Assembly (NCBI GenBank): GCA_002269645.1
Contig: NIVC01000347.1
Span: 124,001 to 188,000, forward strand
Length of the DNA: 64,000 nucleotides
From: Macrostomum lignano
Lineage: Eukaryota
Reading direction: 5' to 3'
This document shows positions 1 through 15,054 of the stretch, one piece after another (within the stretch, counting starts at the first letter, position 1; each line of letters starts with the position of its first letter). The notes under the pieces were generated by a model, which worked only from the letters and a program-made list of their open reading frames with translations, was not told where the DNA came from and made no database searches. The translations under genes were made by a program, and so were the position numbers.

Positions 1-392
1 AGACAGACAGACAGACCATCTAACAGACAGACAGACAATCTAACAGACAGACAGACAGACAATCTAACAGACAGACAGAGAGACAATCTAACAGACAGAC
101 AATCTAACAGACAGACAATCTAACAGACAGACAGACAATCTAACAGACAGACAGACAATCTAACAGACAGACAGACAATCTAACAGACAGACAGACCATC
201 TAACAGACAGACAGACCATCTAACAGACAGACAGACAATCTAACAGACAGACAGACAGACAATCTAACAGACAGACAGACAGACCATCTAACAGACAGAC
301 AGACCATCTAACAGACAGACAGACAATCTAACAGTCAGACAGAAAATCTAACAGACAGACAGACAATCTAACAGACAGACAGACAATCTAAC
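1..392 (+). repeat. Compound minisatellite (AATCTAAC + [AGAC]n units)
   Basis: Tandem aatctaacagacagac(agac) units, directly visible; cut by the window edge. Confidence 0.95.
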
Positions 393-535
393 AAATATAA
401 AATCGTTCCCAACATCGTCATTTTTTCATCGCTTCTTCTCTTTCTTCTAAACTCTAAATTGCCATGGTCAAACTTCAGAAAGTCTGCATCCCGTCGCACG
501 ACAGTCCCCAGGCCCTACAAAGCTGCTGTCCCGCA

Positions 536-2031
536 CTAGTTTTGGCGCTTCGACCGTTGAAAGGCTTCGTAAACCTCCGGCGACGGAGCCGTCGGCAGCC
601 TCGGCGGTTGCGTCATCAAATCGCCCGCCACCTCCCAGTACGGACCAGCAGCGGTTGATAATGACGCTTGCGGAAGCTGCGGCGGAGTCTGCGGCCGCGG
701 CGGCGGCACCTCGTCGTCTTCGCGCCCGTCGCTGGCTTCCTCCTCTGCCTCTTCGGTGTCGGCATCATCGTCACTGCTCAGCTTCTCGGCAGCTGCGGCG
801 CCGGCCGCGGCGAGTTTCTTCATCATCAAGAAGGTCGTCGTTGTCGCCGACTCGCCGACAGCCACTCCGTCGACGTCCATGCCGGTCTCCGGCAGCTCGT
901 CGATGCGGTCGATTTCGGCCAGGTCAATGCCGCTACCGCCGCCGCCCGGGCCTCCGGGACCGCCGGCCCCACCGCTGCCACCTGCAGCTGTCGTCGCGAT
1001 GTTGTCCATCGAGGCCGAGGAGCCGACGCTTTGCACGCTGAAGTTGCTGCCCATCCTGGCAAGTCGCGGCCGAGCGCTGCCAGACCTTCGACCGCCTGAA
1101 GGCCCCGGCGGCTGCTGCTGCTGACCAGTCAGGGAGCCGCGAGAGTTCGTTCGCTGGAAGGCCGTGTAGATGTCGCCCTTGGCTGTGCTCGGTCGCGACA
1201 CGATTTCGGCACCGCTACGCGTCAGCTCGGCGACTTTGATTCGTTCAACGGCTCGATTGGCCGCCTCCAAGCGGGCGAACTCTTTCGGTAGCCACTCGCT
1301 CGGGTGGCTGAGCAAGCTGTGAGAATGAGAGAGCAGGCATTAAGACTGAGTTTTCATGCGGATATTGTAAAAAGTTGCGTTTAACTATGCGTCCGAAAAC
1401 AACTCACTTGGACGGAGTCGCACTGGGCAGCCGCTGATCGTCCAAAACGTACCGGCACTGCCTGTACTCGTTCGGCGGCAGGAGGGCTCTGAAATGTGTG
1501 GTATTATGACGCTTGGGTCTTTAGGTCATTAGCTTTCTCGGTCATTGGGTCTTTTGGTTATTGGGTCATTGGATCTTTTGGCAATTGGGTCATTGGGTCT
1601 TTTGGTTATTGGGTCATTGGGTCTTTTGGTTATGGGTCATTGGGTCTTTTGGTTATGGGTAATTGGGTCTTTTTGCAATTGGGTCATTGGGTCTTTTGGT
1701 TATGGGTGATTGGGTCTTTTGGTTATTGGGTCGTTGGGTCTTTGGGTCATTACCGTAGGTTTTGGGTCATTGGGTCTTTTGGTTATTACCGTAGGTTTTG
1801 GGTCATTGGATCTTTTGGTTATTGAGTCATTGGGTCTTTGGGTCATCGGGTCTTTGAGTCATTCTGTTCTTAGGTCGCTGTGAATCTAAGTTGCTAGGTG
1901 ATGTGGTTGCTAAGGTATTCATACGTATTAGCCGCTAACCTCTTCAACTTGTCCATGTCAATGCTCAGCCCATAGCTGCAGAACTTCTCGTAAATCGTTC
2001 GGCACTCCTTCAGGCCGTCTGTCTCGATTTC
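536..2031 (-). CDS. Last three exons (2031-1940, 1488-1408, 1316-536) of an uncharacterised protein gene
   Basis: GT/AG boundaries with matching phases (0/2, 2/2, 2/stop). Spliced reading: EIETDGLKECRTIYEKFCSYGLSIDMDKLKRALLPPNEYRQC...NLLSHPSEWLPKEF..., then a low-complexity Gly/acidic tail. Confidence 0.7.
1497..1870 (+). repeat. Intronic minisatellite (~23 bp, GGTCATTGGGTCTTTTGGTTATT)
   Basis: Tandem degenerate units. Confidence 0.9.
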
Positions 2032-2139
2032 CTAGAAATAAAATAATAAAACTCTACATCAACATAAAACTTTCAGACAAAATAAATAATTTCTGAATCT
2101 TGACTCTTACAGAGAAATGTTTCCTCGTATTAATAATTA

Positions 2140-2460
2140 CTGGCTGTCGGTTGTAAACCAATTTTCCTGATCCGACGACCGGAGCGGAGAACGGCCGGTC
2201 CCCTCCGCCTCCTCCGCCCCCGCCTTTGCCTGAGCGCTTCTTCTTTTTTGCTTTGGCGGATTTTCCACCGTTGTCTCTGTCGGCTGTTTGATCGTCTGCG
2301 TTCTCTGCTTTTGCGGACTTCTTGCGCTTGGACTTTTTGCCTTTTTTGGCTTTCTTGGCGGTTTGAGATGACTGAGCGGCTACCAGGGTCTCCTCAGCCT
2401 CCTCTGGTTCCTCATCTTTGGTCTCGGCTGCAGCTGCTGCTTGCGGAGGCCTGCTTTGGT
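2140..2460 (-). CDS. Probable exon (Lys/Gly/Ala-rich) of the same minus-strand gene
   Basis: Open GC-rich frame ...AETKDEEPEEAEE...KKAKKGKKSKRKK...KKKKRSGKGGGGG...; exact splice sites not resolved. Confidence 0.45.
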
Positions 2461-2514
2461 TTAGTTAATTGGTTTGTTAGGTCATCAGTTCTTTGGTAAT
2501 TTGAGTCATAAATC

Positions 2515-3265
2515 CCTTGGATCATTGGTTTCATGGGTCATTGGTTCCATGGGTCACTGATTCCATGGGTCATTGGTTCCATGGATCATATTAATTCCAT
2601 GGGTCGTTGGTTCCATGGGTCGTTGGTTCCATGGGTCGTTGGTTCCATGGGTCGTTGGTTCCATGGATCATTGGTTCCATGGGTCACTAATTCCATTGGA
2701 TCATTGGTTCCATGGGTCGTTGGTTCCATGGGTAATTGGTTCCATGGATCATTGGTTCCATGGATCATTGGTTCCATGGGTAATTGGTTCCATGTGTCAT
2801 TGGTTCTATGTGTCATTGGTTCCATGGGTCACTAATTCCATTGGATCATTGGTTCCATGGATCATTGGTTCCATGGGTAATTGGTTCCATGGGTAATTGG
2901 TTCTATGGGTCATTCGTTCCATGGGTCACTAATTCCATTGGATCATTGGTTCCATGGGTCATTGGTTCCATGGGTAATTGGTTCCATGGATCATTGGTTC
3001 CATGGGTCATTGGTTCCATGGGTAATTGGTTCCATGTGTCATTGGTTCTATGTGTCATTGGTTCCATGGGTCACTAATTCCATTGGATCATTGGTTCCAT
3101 GTGTCATTGGTTCCATGGGTAATTGGTTCCATGTGTCATTGGTTCTATGTGTCATTGGTTCCATGGGTCACTAATTCCATTGGATCATTGGTTCCATGGG
3201 TCATTGGTTCCATGGGTTATTGGTTCTATGGGTCATTCGTTCCATGGGTGACATTATTTCCATGG
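2515..3265 (+). repeat. Minisatellite (~16 bp, TTGGTTCCATGGGTCA) with higher-order variants
   Basis: Tandem units; generates several spurious ORFs. Confidence 0.95.
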
Positions 3266-3285
3266 GTCATTTGCCATTTTTTCTT

Positions 3286-4520
3286 AAAACCTCTTCAAGA
3301 CGGTGAAGATATTTGTCACTCTCCGTTTCAGTCGGATGGGTCGAAACCGGGCCATAGACACTTTCTTTCTGCTCAGACCCTGCATTCCCATTCCAGTCGG
3401 AAAGACCACAGAGTGAAAGATTTTATGCATAGATGTATGCCTGTGTCCTCTGTGAGTTTGGAACTTTCTGTCACAGACAGAAGTGTTTTATATTAATCCG
3501 CAACATCTCGAGGCATGGCTTCGAGAAGACCTCCACCCAGGCAGGCTTTACTGGCTGCAAAACGCAGACTCGGTCTTGATTCCGACACCGACGAGTCTGA
3601 AATCAACGACAGCGCTGACTCGGACTCCGAGGATGAGGCCAATTTGGAGCAAGAAGAAGACGAAATTTTGGAACAACAGGAAGCCTGAAACATTGTGTGG
3701 GAGCACGACGACAAACGACCGGATCAATGTCCCGAATTTCTGGGAACAACTGGCTGCAATCCATCCTGGAATCTGCCGGATCAAGCCAACTATTCGGTTT
3801 GTTGTTGGTTTGCATCGCTAACTATTCGTCTTTTATGGGCGGCCTAGATCGCCTGGACAGTGGACTCCAGTCGTACCATCCGAACAGGAAGACGCAGAAA
3901 TGGTTTCAGAAGCTCGGTTTTCACATCATCCTCCTTCTGGTTCGCAATGCTTGGATCGTTTACCAGAATGCTGGAGGAACAAAGAGCTTCCTCTGCTACC
4001 TAGAAGTTGCGATCAGGGATTCGATAGAACAGTCTGGGCCAGGCAGACGTTGCGTTTCGGTTCGGGTCGGTCGGGCACCCGCCGCAGCCGGGCACATTCC
4101 AAGCAAGTCAGGCCAGGTTGCTGGGCAAAATCGACCGAGGCGTCGATGCCGACAGTGTCAAAAGAAGACAGTGTACGTCTGCTCGCAGTGTCCTGGCGTC
4201 CCGTCCCTGTGTCTTGTGAACTGCTTTGGCACGTGGCACATTTTAAGAACCATTGTCATTTTATCAAGTGTTGGCAAGCTTTAAATGTTTTTGAAATTTG
4301 AATGGAACTTTCCCGCTATGTTTGCTGGTTTGTTACTGTTGTTACTGTTAATACGAGCCATCTTTGCAAAGCTTGTTTGCTTCACTTCTATTATTGGTCG
4401 AGTTCGACCCATAGCCGACTGGAACGGTGGGTAGAGAATTTGTGCGCTGTCCATAGATATTTTGAACCGACTGCGCTGGGGAGTTGTAAGTGGTCGAAAA
4501 CGACCTTCCCGACTTCTTAA
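3286..4520 (+). mobile_element. Internally deleted piggyBac-like DNA transposon
   Basis: Acidic N-terminus from ATG 3515 (with an in-frame stop) is joined to the C-terminal transposase part. That part has NYSSFMGGLDRLD (MGGVD motif) and the Cys-rich RRRCRQC..CSQCPGVPSLCLVNCFGTWH tail. The central DDD core is missing; only weakly similar terminal sequences. Confidence 0.8.
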
Positions 4521-5218
4521 GGTACTAATTGATCATTCTAAAAATAGATTTTTATCTAACTCAAGCCACAATCATAGATCTTACATTCCCTAGATAAGCT
4601 ACTCACGACCATAAGCACACCCATAGAGCCTTCGTCTTTCTTAAAGATTTTGCGACCACGGTATCAGGTCAGTAGCTTGTGCGCGTATTAAGGCTTTTTT
4701 AAGGATGCTTAGATGGCAGGCGCAAGCCATACTTGCAGTCCGTGTAGCCCTTGTTTCGGAAAAAAGGCTATGCCTGAATCCGATGACTGAAAGGAATTCG
4801 ACTTCAGGGTCGCTTATCGCTTCAATTCACTTCTGTGCAGCAGAGTCACTCCTAGGGAAGTTGTGCAGCGACATGTTGACTCCATTACTTGTTGGTGGTG
4901 GCAATTTATGTATGCTGCAGCCCCGAACACAGCAGCCTCGAATTCAGCGCTCTTCCGCTCATCTGTTTGATAGCAAAGCGCAAGTCGCGAGGACCAGTGC
5001 ACTCTGTGTCTGTTGCGAATATTTTTGTAACCACGAAAGAAATATGTCTATGTCCCTTTAAGCTACTGACCTCAGACTTGTCTTTAAACGCTGTCGGCTT
5101 AATTCAATCTTTCTTGCAATTCGCGTGGTCGGTCTTTTACTATTGAATGCACTGAGAGTGGCCTATCTATGGAATATAAGATCTATGGCCACAATAACAT
5201 CAATATTGGTCTCCGTAC

Positions 5219-7356
<2,138 letters not shown>

Positions 7357-7814
7357 CTATAAGAATGATTTTTGCGCTGCCTCGGATGAGCTCACAGCCA
7401 GGCTCCCTGGGTCGCGTCAAGTCATGCCTTCATCCCCGACCCTCCCCTCAAGAGAAAATTGGAGAGGAAACTGAAATTAGCACGCGACACAATACGGGCG
7501 GGGAAGACGGACGATTCTGAATGGATGAAGGCAGCTGGGCGAGGGATGAGGGCTAGAGGGTGAAAGTGAGCATAATGGATGAGTGTAGACTCGTCTTGAG
7601 CACAGATTTTATATTGGTGAACGCTTGAGTGCGTCTGTCGAGAGCGGAGCTTGAGACTGCTGGCTGCCTGGCAACAGCAGACTGGTGTGACTGAATTATT
7701 CATCTGATCTCATGCCGTGCCTGATTAAGCACAGCAGTGCGCTGCACTTCTGCGCTAGGTTTCGTTTGTGGCCTGATTATGTTTGTCCGGTTTACGAGCG
7801 TATTGACGTGGATG

Positions 7815-7965
<151 letters not shown>

Positions 7966-8770
7966 GTCACAGCTAGAGTCCAAAATTCGTCGCTCGCGAT
8001 TCGCCATGAAGTCGAACTTCCAGCTGGTGGCTTTGGCATTGCAAAAGTTGGCGCTCACTTTTTTAACTTCGGCGTGCAGAAATTCGCGAATTTTTTCCGC
8101 AGTTCGCAGACTTCGATTTCTACGAATCGCCTTCATCAGTGCTTCTGCTTCAAGCGCTTTTTTATTCGCTTTGGAATGCACCGCCCTCAGCTCCCGGTTG
8201 TACTCTGGATCCGACTTTAACCTCTGCTTCATCTGGCCGAAAGCGTGGATGTAGGAGAACTCTTCGGATGCCTGGCTTTGGAACTGATGCTTCAGCTCCT
8301 TCTCTGTACTTCAGCGGCCCGAAGAATCTTAGAGACGCGCCTTTGATGCCATAGACGGTCGCCCTGACGTCGGCGCTGCCCTCCCATTGGCTGGTGAGCT
8401 CGGCCAGCTCGTCGCCGATCTCGTGATGCATCAGCGGCCGACCCCGCCGAATCTGGCGGATGCACAGCCGCATGGAGGACAGGATGAAGCCGCTGTGCCG
8501 CCAGAAATCGTCCGTGTCGCGCACTTGTTCAGCTTCATCAAGGAATTGCTGCGCCTTGGCGAAGTTCGGAAACGGTGGCAGAGTTGATAGGTAGCTAAGG
8601 GTGGTCAGGTAGACAACTGACATCTCAGAGTCTGACAGCCTGTACTCCAGCAACCGTTCAATCACCTGGTCGATGTTGGTTTTTGTGCTCGACTTCTCTG
8701 GTTGCCATAGAAAGTGGCATTCCAGACTCGGCAGATTAAATGAAGCAGTCCTTTGAAGTGAAGCGCTCAT
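7966..8770 (-). pseudogene. Internally deleted IFIT-like paralog (close relative of the 25093-27716 gene, opposite strand)
   Basis: 8770-8290 is near-identical to the first ~480 bp of the 25093 CDS. It then jumps out of frame to the 27127-27430 equivalent, then jumps again to the stop codon/microsatellite. Confidence 0.9.
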
Positions 8771-9069
8771 AGATCCTATTTTGCAGAAGAGCGTAGAAGC
8801 ACTGATAATTTGTGGCTGTAACAAAATTTTGGCTGCTTCTGGTGTAATGCGCCCAGAGCTTCAACTTTTATACACGTTCATGCATGTGTTTAAATCTGTG
8901 CACGCATCTGCGGCTAAACGTATATATAAGTGACAGCAGTGGGAGACTCAGTCTTTTGGTAACACATCTGCCGTGTCTGCAGCGACGTCATGAGATTCTA
9001 TGATTCTGAATCAGCTATAATTCACGAAACTGCATTCCAACACTTTGCATTCTCAATAATACTTACATG

Positions 9070-9490
9070 CACAACAACAACAACAACAAAACACGCTGTC
9101 AAAGATGCTGTTAGAAGGTAGCATCTCAGAGCGCGCCTCTCGGACAGGTCGGGAACGAAAGCCACGCCGCCGACCGAATCCGGAACGCCGGCGTCAGCCG
9201 ACATACGAAATGCCGAGTGCGCGCCTGTCCCCGCCGATAGGGTGCCTGCACTTCCGGCACTGGATGTGGGCAGTACGACTCGGCGCATGTGTGTGACCTA
9301 GCAGCCGGAGTCACCGACAGCACAACAGGTCACTTGGGCCGACCAAGGCCAGGGCGGCGATACAGTGCTGAGTTAGAAACATCTCAAGCGTCTTCTTGTG
9401 GCTCGAGCGAGTCCGTCAGCGTCTAGGTCTCAGCAGCGTTGTACAGCAAGACGGTCTCCACCACCGCCTGGAATAGTTCCGCCCTCGGGC
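9070..9490 (-). mobile_element. 5'-truncated 3' end of an RTE-like LINE
   Basis: Minus strand encodes a decayed LFQAVVETVLLYNA.ET.TLTDSL motif; (TTG)n-like tail at ~9070. Confidence 0.65.
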
Positions 9491-10480
9491 CTCGGAGGTA
9501 GGGCCTCGGATTGCAGGACTGGCTTCACAGAACAAAAGTCAGTCGAGGCAATGACTGTGATTAAAGATTTTACTCCTCTCGCTCCTCTATATTCATACTA
9601 ATTTAAGCGGCTCCCTACTGGAGGGCGCCTAGTCCAATAAAATCTAGTAAAGTATAGTAAAAAAGTCTAGTAATCTAGCATAGTAAAAAAATACATATAC
9701 ATAACTACAGAATTACAGAATTCCACAATATGACGCTATTGTGAACACTACGGCCAATACCAAAAGTCAGGATCAACTTTGTGCGTAACTAACTGAAAAA
9801 AGTGAGTATACTCGTAGTCATACAAAATCCTTGAAATTCAGATAGCATCGGAAATATTTTAACACTCGCATGCATTGATTCATAAAGTGCATACCAATAA
9901 GAGTAACCTATGTAACTCCAAAATACTAAATATCAGTAGGAATACCAAGCCATTTTCCACCCGTCGAACTACCCAGCCCTGACAATTTTTTCTGTGCCGG
10001 AACGGAGCAAAGCAGGCACACGAAATGCAAAAAGACGAGTGAACTTTTGTTGTGCACATTCTCAAACAATAGTCAAGTCGCCAGCCCTCCGGACCGTCGA
10101 GATATTCGACGATTCTGCCAGAAGGTCGGATTTTTCCCATAAGCGCTAGTGATTTAATACACCCCATGTGCGTCAATCAGCACTGTGCCTCAGTGCAGCC
10201 TTGCCAAGCCTCAAGGTGCTCCGTTCCGGCGCAGCAAAAAGATTGTCTGAGGGATTCCTCTCTGATACGAGCGTGTTACGGATCTGTGTTGTGCTTTTGG
10301 CTTTAGCCTTAAGCAATTGTCAGTCTAGCGGTCTGTTGACCTCTGACGCGTCTATTATTTATTTCATAACTCAATAGCATGGTTCAATTCATCAACGCAG
10401 TCGCGTAACAAAAATGTCTATGGCAAAGCCATCAACCCACAACACCCTCCCTCTTCTATAGGTAGGCGTACAATTATCAC

Positions 10481-13400
10481 TCAGGTGCGATAAAAATTTC
10501 TAGTTTTCTTGGCCAAGCGTTCGCTTCGCCTGGGTGACGGCTTGGATTGAACTCCGGCCTCAGTCTGTTGCTGTTGTGCTCTCTCAGCTTGTTCTGTTCC
10601 CGGTAGTGTCTCAGTGTCTGTCGATGACGGACGCGTCTGCTGGCCGTCGTCACTTGGACCGTTGCCACCGGGCTTGGAATCCCCCATTTCCGTAGTTCCG
10701 TGAGCCTCAGGTACCTCACCGATTCGTAGTTGATCGAGGTGGGTCTTTAGATTTCGTCCAGTCTCTGTGGTGACGACTGCTGTGTTGCTGCCAAGCATTT
10801 TGGCGAATCTCACAGTTCGTGGCTCATGAGAACTCGATGCACGGTAGATGAGTGATTCTCCTGGGATCCACTTGGACTGAGTGCTGCTCTCCGAGATGGG
10901 GAGTCTTATTTGTCTGCCGTTCAACAACTCGGACGGTGATGCTTGCTGCTTCCCTTTGGCAGCTCTGTAGAACAGTACCGGGTAGAAATCTGTCAATACT
11001 TCTTTGGGATAAACCATTGGTCTTGATTGTCTCTTTGACGGTTCGCACCATTCGCTCTGCAATGCCGTTGCTCTGTGGATGGTAGGCGGGCGTTGTGATG
11101 TGCGAACAGCCAATCTGGGTGAGCCAGCCGGTCACCGCTTCGCTCACAAAACTAGGGCCGTTGTCTGACACGAGACACTTGGGCACCCCCTGTTGTGAGA
11201 ACAATCTTCCAAGTCTGGAAATGACTGTGTCGGCCTTCATGTCGCTCGTGATGAAGACTTCCGGGTAGCTCGAGTGCGCATCCACAATGATGAGTAGGTA
11301 CTTGCCCTCTATTGGACCGGCAAAATCAATGTGCACTCGCTCCCAGGGGTTGTCAGGTTCTGGCCACGAGTGCCGAAAGTTCTTATTTCTGGACTTGTAC
11401 GCGTTGCACACGTTGCATCGTCCAATGTAGTCAGCGATGTCACGGTCCATCTGTGGCCACCAGAACTGTTCCCTCAAAATTGACTTTGACTTTTCCACCC
11501 CAAGGTGCGTTGAGTGTACAGCTGCCAGGGCAGTTTCTCTCAGGACACGAGGCAATACAATTCTGTTCATTCTGTAAATAATTCAATCATTGACAGTTAG
11601 CTCATCTTGAACTTTCGAGTAGCTGAGTAGGTGTGGGTCGTCAAATAGATTATTGTTAATTATGGCTGCGCCCAGGCATCTGAACTCCGGGTCCTCTCTG
11701 GTTGCGTGTGCAATGCGATCCAGCTGAATTACTCCCGGGTTGTCAGCTTCGAGGAGTCCGATCGATGCTGTCTGTGCATTCGGCTTAGCGGGCACCAGTC
11801 GAGATAGCGCATCCGACAGCATTAGCTTTGATGGTCGATACTGTATGACATAGTCATAAGCAGCTAGCATGATTGCCCATCGTTGTAGTCGAGCTGAAAC
11901 TCTGGTGGGCAGCTGTTTGTCTGGCGCGAATATGTATGTGAGGGGCCGGTGATCAGTTATCAGTGTGAACCTCCGGCCATACAAGAACCGATGGCATCTT
12001 TGAATGCACCAAACCAGTGCCAGGCCTTCACGCTCTATTTGCGAATATTTTGTTTCGGCGTCAGACAGAGTCTTGCTCATGTACAGCACGACTTGACCGC
12101 TTTGTGTCAACACTCCGCCCAGAGCTCGCTGAGAACTGTCGCATTCCAGTTCAATGGGCTTCTCCGGATCAAATATTTGAAGACTCGATTGATCAGAGAG
12201 AGTGACCTTGATTTCGTCAAATGCTATTTGACACTCCTTTGTCCACACGAAGTCCTCATTTTTTCTTTCTTAGTCGATTGAGAGGCTTGGTCAGTGCAGC
12301 TAGGTTTCTGATGAACTTGCCGCTAAAATTTACGAGACCCAGGAAAGATTCAAGCTCGCCAACGTTCTGCGGTGGTGTCATGTCCTGGATTGCCTTCACT
12401 TTGGCTGGGTCCGGCTTGAGCTGATCTCCTTCCAATAAGTAGCCTAGAAACTTGATCGAAGTCTTGCGGAATTCACTTTTCGCCGTGTTGATCTTCAATC
12501 CTTGCTGGTTTAGTCGATGCAATACTTCCGTCTCACGAACTGCCAATTGTTCTACGCCTTTGCCGCATATCAATATGTCGTCTACGTAGGCAATGACGCC
12601 AGGAATTCCTTGTAGGACTTGGCTAATGTACCGCTGGAAGATCGCAGGTGCTGTTTTCACTCCGAACGGAAGCTTGTTGAAAGCGAACATCCCAAATGGT
12701 GTTGACATTACTGTCAGCTCTTTGGAAGCTTCATCTAGTGGGATCTGGTGATAAGCTTTCTCTAGGTCCAGACGAGTGCATATCCGGCTGCCAGCAGCAG
12801 CTGCAATCACTTCGTCAGGTGCAGGCATCGGATATGAATCGTTGATAAGATGAGAATTGATTGTCACCTTGTAGTCGACGCAAAGTCTGAGCTTTCCAGA
12901 AGGTTTCTTGACCACGACAATTGGTGAGGCCCATTCACTGAACTTGACGGGCTTGATGGTGTCTTCTTCAAGCAACCGATCGATTTCATCCTTGACTCCC
13001 TGTCTGAGTGCGAAGGGTAGCGGCCTGGGTTTGCAATGAATTGGAGTGGTTCCTTCCTTGATCTTAAGAGTTACTGGTGGAAATTCGCATGACTGGGTTG
13101 CCGATGTGCAGCTGTTGTCTACAGCGTTTAGCGTGAAATTGAGCTTGTCTCGGCCAACCAGAACAAAGTTCCTCTGCGATTCCACAATGAAGAATGTGAT
13201 TGGAATGAACTCGTCATTGTACTCCAACTCAGTGTCGTGTGTTCCAAAGACCTTCATCTGCGTATCAGCGTATGTTGTCAGAACAGTGTCTGTAGGTGTC
13301 AGCTTTGGACAACCCAATCGTTTCCAGATCGTTTTTGACATTACCGAAACTCCTGCCCCAGTATCGATTTGTGCGTTCACGCTAAGCATCGACCCGCTCG

Positions 13401-13485
13401 TGTGTCTGAGCCTAACAGGCACGGTGTAGCTATCAACGGGATGTCGAATGTGAAAACAATCCTCCTGTGTCAGCTTCGCTTGCAT
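10481..13485 (-). pseudogene. Pol (protease, RT, RNase H, integrase), interrupted
   Basis: IDTG protease, YVDD RT, CDSS/DH RNase H, HHCC zinc finger and D-D-E integrase. Lesions: +1 in an A-run at ~12260, in-frame TGA at 11583-11585, and a ~7-bp insertion at ~10976-10982. Confidence 0.9.
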
Positions 13486-14449
13486 CTACAAAGCTTGTGG
13501 TCCTTGGGCTCACTGCAGCTCGCCTAAATTGACCAGATGCTGACGGGCTTTTGAACGATTTTCGGCCTTTGCCAAAACCAGTTGAATTCGTTTTGCAAAC
13601 TGTTGCGAAGTGGTTTTGCATGCCACATTTGTTGCACGTTTTTCCTTTCGCAGGACACCCTCCATTGGAGCCATGCATTGTGCCACATCTGCCACACTTG
13701 GAGCTTGTAGAGTGGGAGCCTCTGGTCACCGATGCTGAAATTTTCATTACTTCAGAAGACTGCGGCTGACTGGTGCAACCCTTTAGTATTTGCGTTTGTG
13801 ATAGGTTCTGGTGCGCCTCAGCGATGTTAATAGCTGTCTCAAACGTGAGAGTGCTGAAGTCCTGTTCCAATAACTTGCTGATGGCCACCTTGTCATTCAA
13901 ACCGAATACGAGCTGATCTCTCAGTCTCTCATCTCTGGATAGGCCAAACTGACACTTGTCTGCCTGCATGCAGAGTTGCTGTGCATACTCACGAATGCTC
14001 ATTGATGCCGTGCGAGTGATATGCTGGAAATTGAATCTCTCAGCCATGACGAACGTCTTTGGTTCCAGGATGCTGGCCAGTAGTTTGGTCAGTTCATCGA
14101 AGCTCTTTTTTCCCGGCTTCTTGGGAGCGGCTCGATCTGCCAATGCGTCGTACAGCTTGGTGCTGAGCTTCATCAGCAGCAGCTTGTTTTTCGTGTCGTC
14201 CTGCCAGCCGTTGAGTTCGCTGCACAGTGTGAATCGGTCCAACCACCTCTGGAAGTTCGAACTTTCATCGAGTTTTTCGATGTCAACTTGCTGTCCTCTC
14301 GATACTTGTGCGCTTGGGTTCTGCGCTGTCGCTGTTGCCGACTTTGTCGCTTGGACTGATTTCGACGAGATCGCAAGCGGTGGTGCTTTGTCGCTCGAAA
14401 CCGTTTTACCAACTCCTTTAGTTGGCGATGCTGGCGTACTTCCAGGCAT
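13433..14449 (-). CDS. Gag (two zinc knuckles)
   Basis: CGRCGTMH..GCPAKGKTCNKCGMQNHFATVC at the C-terminus; Mag-type gag motifs (FRLRDQLVFG-like). Confidence 0.9.
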   Translation of the reverse strand: MPGSTPASPTKGVGKTVSSDKAPPLAISSKSVQATKSATATAQNPSAQVSRGQQVDIEKLDESSNFQRWLDRFTLCSELNGWQDDTKNKLLLMKLSTKLYDALADRAAPKKPGKKSFDELTKLLASILEPKTFVMAERFNFQHITRTASMSIREYAQQLCMQADKCQFGLSRDERLRDQLVFGLNDKVAISKLLEQDFSTLTFETAINIAEAHQNLSQTQILKGCTSQPQSSEVMKISASVTRGSHSTSSKCGRCGTMHGSNGGCPAKGKTCNKCGMQNHFATVCKTNSTGFGKGRKSFKSPSASGQFRRAAVSPRTTSFVDASEADTGGLFSHSTSR

Positions 14450-15054
14450 TTTCGTAGCCTATGCTTGCCGACGCCACTGTTGTGCTTTTGGCTTTAGCCT
14501 TAAGCAATTGTCAGTCTAGCGGTCTGTTGACCTCTGACGCGTCTATTATTTATTTCATAACTCAATAGCATGGTTCAATTTGTCAACGCAGTCGCGTAAC
14601 AAAAATGTCTATGGCAAAGCCATCAACCCACAACATCTGTACGATTTTTATTTTAGAAAGGAAACGGCTCCATCGAGAATCACCAAACTAAAAATTTTCA
14701 GGATTTGTTACATATGCTTTTTAAGCTATTCATATAATGCAGATTGCTCAATGCTGCACAGTGAATATAACTGGGCATAGCACTGCATTGCCTTGAACGG
14801 AATATCTAAAATTGCCCAGACTTAACAAGAATCGATTTGATTTAACAATGCCTTTGAAATAAAAAGCTGGGGTTTTCAGAGCCAATGCTTTCCTGCTTTA
14901 AACATATATCGAAGAGAAATTTACAATTGTGACAACTCCAAAGGTATACATAGGTAGGTACTGAAAAATTTTGGGAATTGAAATCGTCTGACAAGGATAA
15001 AAAATCTCTGTATTGTAAAACGACCTGAGCGTGTCTCATTTTACTTGACGATCA

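Larger units (their letters stand above)
10287..14635 (-). mobile_element. Full-length Ty3/Gypsy (Mag-like) LTR retrotransposon, 4349 bp
   Basis: 158-bp LTRs at 10287-10444 and 14478-14635 (TGTTG...CAACA, 2 mismatches) and a 4-bp TSD TCTG. PBS TGGCGTCGGCAAGC lies next to the 5' LTR and PPT AGAAGAGGGAGGG before the 3' LTR. Domain order gag-PR-RT-RH-IN. Confidence 0.97.

Noticed and set aside
1496-3496. Many Trp/Gly-rich ORFs
   Set aside because: Products of 16-23-bp minisatellites; no codon structure beyond the repeat
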